A stretch of DNA of 64,000 bases from NCBI GenBank assembly GCA_002189035.1, contig NEEC01000015.1, positions 2,294,001 to 2,358,000 of the forward strand, in the 5' to 3' direction. The notes beneath the pieces were generated by a model that saw nothing but the letters and a program-made list of their open reading frames with translations, did no database searches and had not been told where the DNA came from. Made by a program: the position numbers and the translations under genes. This DNA is from Utricularia gibba. Its lineage: Eukaryota; Plantae; Magnoliophyta. Positions 55,046 to 64,000 of this stretch are shown here, in pieces (the first letter of the stretch is position 1; each line of letters starts with the position of its first letter).

Positions 55046-56042
55046 GGCTCAGGATGGGGAACGCAACACATAACTGTGCCTCTCGGAACGAAGATGAGAA
55101 AAAAAAAAGTTATGATTTCTGGGGTTTTCTTTTTCCTTCCTGCGGTTAATTTTCTGAAAGTTTCATTTCTGAAAATTTGCAGATGAAGACAGTGGCAGAT
55201 CTGCGGCGAAGTGGTCGTCTTCTTCATTTATTTGCATTGCAGAGATGGAATGGCAGGGAATCACAAGAATTTACTGCTTCTGTAGCCATATAACTGATAA
55301 GGGATAAACAATTCCAAAATATGGAGCGATAACTGGTAAGGGAGGACATGAAACGAAACTTAATGATACTAATACTTAATTATACATAACCAGCAACAAC
55401 ATGAGGAATCAGCAGCAAATTTGACTATGGATGCATGAATGAAAAACCAAGGCTTAAGCTCATGCGAAGTTGGCTAGAATTTCTGGTATTATGGGGACAA
55501 TTTTACAGTGGAATCACAGTTGAACCGTGTACTTGACTTTCATCATAGGGAATGAGAACGATGCTCAATTTGAAGTCTTTTTTGGAGTCTGCAACCTTTC
55601 CCATGATGACTGCATTTCACCTTTGGATCATCTTGTGCACAAGAGCACCTCAGGTGATAAAGAAGCCCTTTTTGGTTACAGAAACAAGCGACTTCGACCC
55701 TCTTACAGACGGAGGAGTTGAGGAAGTGAAAGTGAGTGAGATTAAGCCTCCTGTATCCTCTTCCCTTCCTTCGATGGGTGATGATGCTCTGAAGTCTGAA
55801 CCACGACCAGAAGAAGAACAGGAAAGCAAAGATTATAATTAGGCTGGAGAAAGGAAGACCGACCGACTCAATGAAACAGTACACAAAGGCAGCCCATTAA
55901 CTGCGCGAGGGCGGTGGTAGGGTGGAGCCACACTGCCTGCAAGCACAATAATGACTTCCTTTCAAAATTCCATGGACACAAACTCACTAGGGCTCCATCC
56001 CCTCTCAATCTCTTAATTACAAAATATCATAAAAATGCACGC

Positions 56043-56093
56043 ATCCCACATCGGATTTGGAAAGAAAAATACTCCTACGAGTTTATTATAAAA
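56043..56093 (+). promoter_or_regulatory. Plant snRNA-type promoter: USE plus TATA
   Basis: Exact USE consensus ATCCCACATCG at 56043-56053 and TATAAAA at 56087-56093, 33 nt apart, in intergenic DNA. Confidence 0.75.
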
Positions 56094-56110
56094 ACAATCT
56101 ATTTACGCGA

Positions 56111-56340
56111 ATCTTATCTAAATGATTACTAGTGATTGCAATTTGTGGCCAAAGATCTCCTCTCCTAGCCCTGGAGTGACGTCTTCTCCTGGTGGAGGCA
56201 TGACTGAGTGCTGTCATCTCCGTTGCTGCAAGCCTGGCGCCACTTTACATTCTTGCCCTTTAACTTTCGTTCCTTTCCTCCCCGCGACAATAACAAGATT
56301 CGATTCATGTCTCCTCGTATCCAGATGGGAGGGAAAGAAA
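56111..56340 (+). ncRNA. Candidate snRNA-like non-coding RNA of unrecognised family; boundaries approximate
   Basis: Lies directly downstream of USE+TATA. Contains the U1-type Sm site AATTTGTGG (56140-56148) and stem-loops such as GGAG..ATGAC/GTCATCTCC (56194-56221). No expression evidence is available. Confidence 0.45.
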
Positions 56341-56859
56341 ATTAAATATTGACAACTTCAGGGGTGCAATATGGTAAATACCCCCACTAGCACTTCGATT
56401 ATTAAATTATTCAAGGCCTAGTCGCATCAATTTGAAATTCGAGGTGTAACCACCCTTTGACTTTACCCTCGCAGCTCCTGCGTTTGTTGACATAAGCATC
56501 GTCCGTTCCTTTTCCCGAGCGGGCGGCCGCCGGGGGGAGGACAAATGTAAGGGGATTATAGGGTTTTATTTCAGGGTATTTTGGGATGTGTAAAAAAAGG
56601 ATTTAAAAATGAATTTGATTTAGTGTTTGACGGGAATTTTTGTGAAAGGGGTTGCCGTGTCCGCGTGTCATGATCTCCCCGAGGGGCAGAACTCGATGCG
56701 GTGCGATGCGACGCGACTCCCACTCCCGATTCCTCGCGCTCGTCTTCCGGAAGCGCGGGTCTTCAAAGTCGTCTTTCAATTGGCCTTCTCTTCTATTATG
56801 ATCCGTGATTCTCGACAGATCCAGTGCGATTCTATTGATTTTTTATTTGCTCTGCTCTT

Positions 56860-58080
56860 ATGTGCAGATCGGGAGTGGCGACCGAGGCTGCGGAACCTTC
56901 CAGAACGGCTCGCCGCGATAATCTCGCGTCGTCGAGGATGGAGGTGGAGAATCGACCGTCGCCGTCGAATAGCGGTGGTTTTACTCCTTCCGGGGGTGTG
57001 TCTGCCGCCGCTTCGGGATCCTATCTCCTCGACAGCTCCGTCGCGACCGGCTCCCTGTCTGGCGGATGCTCCCTGAGAATCTTGCAGGATATGTTGCCGG
57101 AGAATACGAAAATCTACGAATTTGCGGAGATTAGAGCCGCGACGAACAGTTTTCTCGGCACAAGACTATCTACATCCTCGGGGTCGTCGCAATCGTGGCG
57201 TTGCACAATTGGCGGCAAGGATGTGGTTGTTTTTCAGAGGAAATTAAGGAAATCGGTCTCGGAGCCGGATGTCCGGCGGAAACTGGCGTTGATTAGTCGA
57301 AGCCACTACACGAGCATCGTTAAGCTTCTCGGATGCTCCATCTCCGGGGAGCATATCTTCCTAGTCTACGAATTTGAGCGGGGGACCAACTTAGGGTTGT
57401 GTTTGAGGAACAAATTGAACCCTGAGTTCACAGTGCTTTCATCTTGGATGTCTCGGATGCAGATCGCCACAGACGTGGCGCACGGCCTCGATTACATCCA
57501 CAACACCGCTGGCCTCAGCATCGATATGGTCCACAAGCACGTCAAGAGCAGCGGTATCATCGTCACGGAGCCGTCCTTCAACGCAAAGATCTGCCATTTC
57601 GGCGCGTCGGAGCTCTGCGGTGACACCGATTCCACACGGGGCCCCATAGAGGGAGTACGAGGATACATGTCGCCGGAGTTCATGGCCACCGGAGTTCCCA
57701 CTCAGAAGTCCGACGTGTACGCATTCGGTGTTGTAATTCTCGAGCTGATGTCCGGACAGGAGCCTATGAAATTGAAATTCGATCGGATTTCGGGGGAGTG
57801 CATGTCAATTTCGTTGGTTGACACGGCGAGATCCGCCGTAGGCGGTGGTGCGGGATCTATCCGAACGTGGATAGACAAGCGGTTAAAGGATTCTTTTCCG
57901 GTTGAGGTCGCGGAGAAACTTCTGCGTGTGGCGCTGCAATGTGTTGAGGAGGATCCGGATAAGAGACCCGATATGAGATGGGTTGCGGGTAAGATCTCCA
58001 AGCTCTATTTAACTTCCAAAATTTGGTCGGATCGTGTTAAGCTCCCCTCTGAAATATCGGTTTCTTTAGGTCCCAGATAG
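56860..58080 (+). CDS. Receptor-like cytoplasmic (pseudo)kinase, At3g57120-like / LYK-related kinase domain, intronless
   Basis: LPENTKIYEFAEIRAATNSF, WMSRMQIATDVAHGLDYIH, VHKHVKSS, KICHFG, GVRGYMSPE, QKSDVYAFGV and C-terminal ISVSLGPR. No ectodomain or transmembrane segment. Confidence 0.9.
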   Translation: MCRSGVATEAAEPSRTARRDNLASSRMEVENRPSPSNSGGFTPSGGVSAAASGSYLLDSSVATGSLSGGCSLRILQDMLPENTKIYEFAEIRAATNSFLGTRLSTSSGSSQSWRCTIGGKDVVVFQRKLRKSVSEPDVRRKLALISRSHYTSIVKLLGCSISGEHIFLVYEFERGTNLGLCLRNKLNPEFTVLSSWMSRMQIATDVAHGLDYIHNTAGLSIDMVHKHVKSSGIIVTEPSFNAKICHFGASELCGDTDSTRGPIEGVRGYMSPEFMATGVPTQKSDVYAFGVVILELMSGQEPMKLKFDRISGECMSISLVDTARSAVGGGAGSIRTWIDKRLKDSFPVEVAEKLLRVALQCVEEDPDKRPDMRWVAGKISKLYLTSKIWSDRVKLPSEISVSLGPR

Positions 58081-58468
58081 TCAATGAAGTTTTACCGACC
58101 ATTTTCTTATTATTTCTCAAATTTATACGAGTTTGTATGTCAAGGAAAAAAGCATTTTTTTTATTGAAAAAATGCATTTCTAGCCCAGAAAATGATTACT
58201 AATTGTTCTGTTGTATCCAATTTTATTGGCAAGAAACTTCTCGATCACAATTGCCGTGTCAAAATGGCAACTTTGACGATATGGTCGTAATCAATTAGAC
58301 TCGTCGCCGCAGCCACCAGCATCAATTTGCACAGCTCCTACATTCCATCAACTACAGCTCGAAAGAAAAAGTACACAACTACTCTGCTGTTGCAGGGGGC
58401 ATTTGCATACAAAAAAGTTAAAAACCCGCAAGTCAAGAGACCATTAAATCAACTGAACCTGAGGATGG

Positions 58469-61400
58469 CTAAACCATCTGCAGGTGAAGATCGGCGGCCT
58501 GCTGCGCGAGCTCCACCACCATGGCCTCGTCGAAGAACTTGTTGATGCTCACATCTTCAGACATTCCCTGGAAAAGCAACCCACCAATGTTTTTTGAGCT
58601 CGTGAAGTACGTGTCTGCAGAAGAAGGGAATGATTTTGAGGGGATGTAAAAAGTAGCACACCTTGCGTCGCCTAGTTTTCACCATGAACTCGCGTGCCAG
58701 ATGCTGGACTGGAGCCGGCTCCAGGGGGCGTAAAACAATGCTCTTGTCGAGCGGGTCTCCGGGTACAATGGCCCAGTGATCAAAGACAGACAAGCAAAAT
58801 GCCTGGCCTTGGGTGTGGTACCTCAGGTCTGTTTCGAAACCGAAGGATTCTATAACCGGCAAAAATGCCTGCAAGGATGATTATGGATATGTTATATCAT
58901 GACAGTGATACCATTCATAACAGATGTGATCGTACCTTCACGATGTAGGCGGGTGTTCCAGGCTGAGGAACATCAGCAGTGACATGGCCACGCCTACGAG
59001 ATAGCACCGTGTATATGGCAGAAACACAGTCCATTGGTGTTTGTATCTGACAATTTTCATTTGGCCGCAAAAAAAAACATCAGTCTTGCCCATTTTTTAA
59101 TGCAACGCTCCAGGAAGTAAATACGCATAACGAGAGACTGACCTCTACATAGTAAACCGGCTCCATTAGCCTGGGTGTAGCCATGAGAAAAGCTGAATAG
59201 GCCACACGACGTGCAGTTGGAATTATCTGACCAGTGCCGCGATGAAGTGGCTCAGGGGCAATTTTAGCATCAACTATCTTGAATTTGACATTTCGTATTG
59301 GTTCGTCACACAGAGGACCTTCTCGAGCACCCCACTGGAAACTGTCAACAGCATCGAACTTAAATATCCTACTAAGAAAGAAATGAGGTCACTAAAGGAG
59401 ACGGTTGAATCCCCAAAATTACCCTTGAACGATAGAATCCTTGACCGCATTGAGCAAACCCTTATCAACTTCACTTGATAATGTGTCATCGAGCAAGATG
59501 TTGGGTCCCTGAAAGTACATAAATCATGTCACAACCAAACATTTGAAAGGAATCGTAAGAACAACAACAGTGTATAATTTTCATTGACTGAAGGATATTA
59601 TACAAAGAACTCACCTGCTTATCAGGTCCAAATGCCCAAATTGACCTCGCCGCAAGCAAATCCCAGTCGTACTTGGTCTGGAAAAAATCACCAAGCTTTT
59701 TCCTTGGCCAATCAATGCTTACCACTCCATTCTCAATATCTTCAGCAAGCCCCCTTTCCAGTGGTTCCGCAATCTAAAACAGATTTTATTCAGAATATGA
59801 CTAAAAAGATCTATAATGTACTAATTTCTCACCATAGTAACTTTATTCTTCTTGTTTGGAGTTTCAGCAAAGCATTTCATGGATGAAGACTCCACAACTG
59901 TTTCACAGAATGAAACAACAGGATCCGCTACCTAAACACACACACACATAAACAAAAGATCATCAGTATAGGAAACATGTACCAAATATATGATTCAGCG
60001 GTGGAAACAGGAATAAAGCCAATCAGCACCTTGACCTCCACTTCTGAATAAAGCTCCCTGAGATCCTTCATTATGGAGTCCAGGTACAGTTCCCCAGTGC
60101 CTAAAATAGTGTGCTCACCGGATTCCTCGACTTTTGTAATTGCTAATGGGTAGCTCTTGCTTATTTTCCTGAGACCCTCAACCATTTTTGGCAGCTCACT
60201 AGGATTCAGAGGCTCGGTGGCAGTTTTCACAACTGGAAGGGTGTTGAACTGGAGTGGCCGGAATATATACACATCATCATCGTACTCTACATTACAAATT
60301 GTTGCTGTCTTCATGATAGAAGCATCCACGCCTTCAATGAGTACCCACGAACCAGGAGGAGCTTTGGTGATGGGAATCCTATAGCGAGCCTGATATACCC
60401 ATAACCTTGACACTTCTTTCAGTGTCATATCCTCCTCATCATCCGGTGAATAGCCTTCTCCCAAAACACGAACAGCTTGGCCCATCATAATTTCACCACT
60501 GTAGACCCTACCGAAGGCATCAAAGACACTACAATCAGATTTAGGGTATAACTTGGTTATGTTGACCATCAGGGGACCAGATGCATCACACTCCTCCATT
60601 GCCTGGTAGATTGTTGAATCCTTCGGGCCAGTATATATGTGCTCAACCTTCTGGGGGCAGCTTCTTTAGCCGATGGAACATGCTGAACGAGCATGTCTGT
60701 AAACCCTGTAGCACTACCGAAAACTGAGCTGCATGCTACTCTTAAAAGAGGCCTCACATTTAATCGATAGGCTGCATTACTCAATGTCACACCAAGTTCA
60801 GCAAGCTTAGCTTCCACACTTTTTTTGTGTTCTCCGATCACTTGGCTGTAAATCTTATAAAGTGGTTCAAGGATGAATTGAACGAATGAACGTTCTGTTC
60901 CACTAGAAGGTTGTTTCTTCTTGAAACTCCTGGTATCAGCATCATAGTAGAAATCCCCCAAAGTCGAGAAGCAAATTTATTAACATCAAACGAAATGCCA
61001 TGCAACTTCACATATAGCTTGGCAAACGATTGTAAGGTGAAGGACCATCCAGCAGTAGCACTAGCAAAACAAACATTTCCAATCGTGGGATCAACAAGCT
61101 GAACACCACCAGCAGTTGATGATGCAGCTGTTATATGATTGTTGATGACTTCAATGGTGTGCTTTAGCTTATGGTATGCTTCCTTGGGAGGCAACTTGAG
61201 CTCAGTTATTAACCTGTCAACCTATTGCATGATAATTTTATAAATAAATCAGTCTCTATAGACCCAAAAAAAAGCTGCAAATATGAACTCATTTGATGTC
61301 TTAACCTTATTTATCACCAAAACAATGGGGATGCGCTCTTGTATTGCATGGCGTATTGCTCTTTCTGTGTTCACCTATAAAAGACGCAAGCCTTAATTTC

Positions 61401-62273
61401 AAAGTATAACTTGTAACGAAAGAAATTCCAAAACGCCCGTTTCAAAACAAAGTTGGACAAGTGAATAGGGAAACCAATGGTCGCCAAATTAACAGCCAGC
61501 CCAACGAAAATAGAGATCCTAAGATTTACCATGAATCCTTCTGCTGCATCTACAACCAAAACGGCACCATCTGCGAGCCTCAATGCAGCACTCATCTCAT
61601 CAGAAAAGTTAACATGACCGGGTGTATCCATAATGTTGCAAAGGTATGACTTGGAATTGCTATCCTCAAGGACAAGCGACATAGGAATTGATTTTATAGA
61701 TATCCTTCTCTCCTGCTCATCAATCCTAGTGTCAGTGTACCTCATATGCTTCTCACTTTTCTGATCAAAGGTCGAAATATGATGAGTCTGCTCAACCAAC
61801 ATGTCCATGAAAGTTGTCTTTCCATGATGCAAATGCCCCACCAGAGCAACGTTCCTGACCAAGGTAGGGTTCGACATCAGACCCAAAAGGAACTCCGTTG
61901 AGACATAAGTGGACGAATCCTTGACCCCAAGTTCAAACTTGAGATTTCTCACTGGTTTAATTATGGGCTGTTCCAATGGCTGCTCATCTTCATCCATAAC
62001 TAAAGTTTCAACTTCTTCTCCATAGACCTCCTCAGCTGTTGGATAGTATTTCTTATCCTCAGCCAAGACAATTTGGTTATCGATATCTACATCCTCTGAA
62101 GTAGCCAGCCAGTTACTTGGCTTCCCAGCTCCATTCTCATAATCAGACATATTGTCCTCATCCTCTATCCTGTCATGGCGCTCTTCCTCTTCTTCCTCCC
62201 TGTCACTCTCTTGGTCCGATTCAATCTCCGGCCCAATGTAATTCCCGAACTCGTCATACAGATTATCATCCAT
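58469..62273 (-). CDS. SNU114: U5 snRNP 110/116-kDa GTPase Snu114/EFTUD2 (MEE5/GFA1/CLO)
   Basis: [73 protein letters not shown] and C-terminal [10 protein letters not shown]. Single-base homopolymer deletions at 60653-60657 and 60955-60959 break the frame. Confidence 0.97.
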
Positions 62274-64000
62274 CGCTTGAAACCTGAATAAACACACGAG
62301 TTGCATCATTAAAAAAAACACTCCTACTTAAGAACTAGTGACATAAAAGCAAATACCTAATTAAGAAAAATGCAGCAACAATATAAAACAAAATAGACCA
62401 AATTTCTCCGCGCACAGAGTCCCCGCGGAGAACGACGACCAAAAATGAAAGCTTACAGAAGCGCCGGGAATGCTAGGTTTTCGGCGGGGGAGAAAGGAGA
62501 GAAAGATCGACGAAGAGGAATTTACTTTTTTGCCTACCGAGGATGGAATCACCATGTTGGCGGGCCGCGTATAAAGCCCAACAACTCAACAGGGTCGCCA
62601 CGTACTCTCCAGAGCCCATTTTAATGACACCGACGGGCCACCTGCGATCCCCGGTTTCCCCACCGCGCAGACCGCCGCACATCTCCCCATAAATAAATAA
62701 AAAAAGTATTTTCCATGCCAAAATGATTACGTCACCTGAGGGAGGTGGTGACACCAGCATCGGGGTTATAAACGTAATCTTTAGGTTACTTGAAGTTGCC
62801 ATACTACCAATTTCCCGTAAATAAAGCTGACCGTACGGCGCTCCCCAATAAATCCCACTTCGCTTTTCCTTTCTTTTTTTTTTTTTCAATTTACTTACAA
62901 TTACAAAATTCCTTTCAGAATTTGGGGTTTAGGGTTTTGATAATTAGCAAAAAAAAAAATAATTAACGAAAGAAAACCCTAATACCAGAAACCCCACAGC
63001 GAGGTGGGCTACGGTTCCCAAGAGGATAAATATATCCAATAAAAAGAATAATTAAATTTTTATTCAGTAATCTACCAGTACAAACTGACAACCTCTATAC
63101 CTGCTGTGCCGCTGCCACCAAAACACCACCCCCCGCCTCTCCAGCTGCCCCCTTTCCTGCCTTCTTCACATATAATATACCATTTTATTTCCTTTTTTTT
63201 AATTACCAATTCCATTTATTGGAAATTATTAATGAACTATATATTTTTTTAATTTCAATGATGCATCACATCAGTTGGAGATTACTTGTTCTCAAATATC
63301 CCCATGGATTCATTGTTTCACGTGATTTGTTTCATGATTAAATTAATTTTTTTTATCAAATATATATAATTAAATAGAATTTTAAAATAATTTTTATTTT
63401 TAAAAAATTCAGATCCTCGGCTTCTATTTTACATTAAAAATGCGTCATTAATGTTGAATTAAATAGAATCCGAGTGGCGTGGGTGTGGGCTGTGCCCCTG
63501 GGGAGACCACTTGTGGCTACTGTGGTTGGGCTCGGTGGCACGACTCTGGCATTTGGTGGTGTTGCGCACAAAAGTGATGTGGTTAGAGTGACGGGCGTCA
63601 ACTTTTGACCATTCAGCGTTCTCCACGTCTGCTTACCGTCAACGGTTAGGTGACGGCGTTAGTGCTTATGGAAAATATCCATTTTTAATTTTTTTTTTCG
63701 AATTTTAGTAGCTCGTAATTAATATTCGTTCCCGTAGATGTGCGTCGAATAATCAGGTGAGAAGCAATCATTGTCCTACACTCTTCTCCACCCTTTCAGC
63801 AGCTCCTTCCTCCTGCCCAGCGGCAAAACTCGCCGGAGAAATTCTCCGATGGGGATCGCGCTCTTCTCCGTCGCGCTCAGGTGGTAAAGAAAAGAAGTCT
63901 CTTCTTTTCTATTTTCCGTTATGCGTGGTATGTGGTCACCACGTCCAAGAACTGGAGTTGCAGATTTGTAAGAGCTGCTGCACTTGTAAAATACATGGGG

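Noticed and set aside
54923-55186. 87-aa ORF as a miPEP172
   Set aside because: It runs through the miRNA hairpin itself and shows no coding signal.
63583-63662. Repeated TTAG(A)GTGACG(G)GCGT motifs as a MITE
   Set aside because: Only two short imperfect copies, with no terminal inverted repeats or target-site duplication.
63849-64000. Start of another gene at the window edge
   Set aside because: The ATG is followed by an early stop and too little sequence is present to call a product.

Overview
Very gene-dense eudicot nuclear DNA: about 21 protein-coding genes in 64 kb, most introns about 70-90 nt, short AT-rich spacers and no recognisable transposon ORF. This suggests a miniature genome such as Lentibulariaceae (inference only). 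Genes in order: IPT2 (3' end), DUF868, an At3g51010-like mitochondrial protein, CA1Pase, NAT12, two tandem uncharacterised EAR-motif genes, TIC100, a DUF7054/At2g27830-like gene, U2AF35, a short HD2/HDT gene, two tandem CSLA mannan synthases (the second has an in-frame stop), RETICULATA/RER1, SRPK, PAO, SOSEKI, ASAP1/NSE5, IRX7/F8H, a RAX-type MYB, ABCF1, a MIR172 hairpin, an At3g57120-like pseudokinase and SNU114. At least ten single-base deletions in homopolymer runs break otherwise conserved ORFs, including SNU114 and SRPK, and are most likely assembly errors. The best novelty candidates are (1) an orphan snRNA-type USE+TATA promoter at 56043-56093 followed by a structured, Sm-site-bearing sequence that matches no spliceosomal snRNA I recognise, and (2) a tandem pair of small nuclear proteins combining a DLN-type EAR motif with an ATX3/4/5-like R..R...P.KY.DSVL motif. 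Homolog names are from recall, not from database searches.
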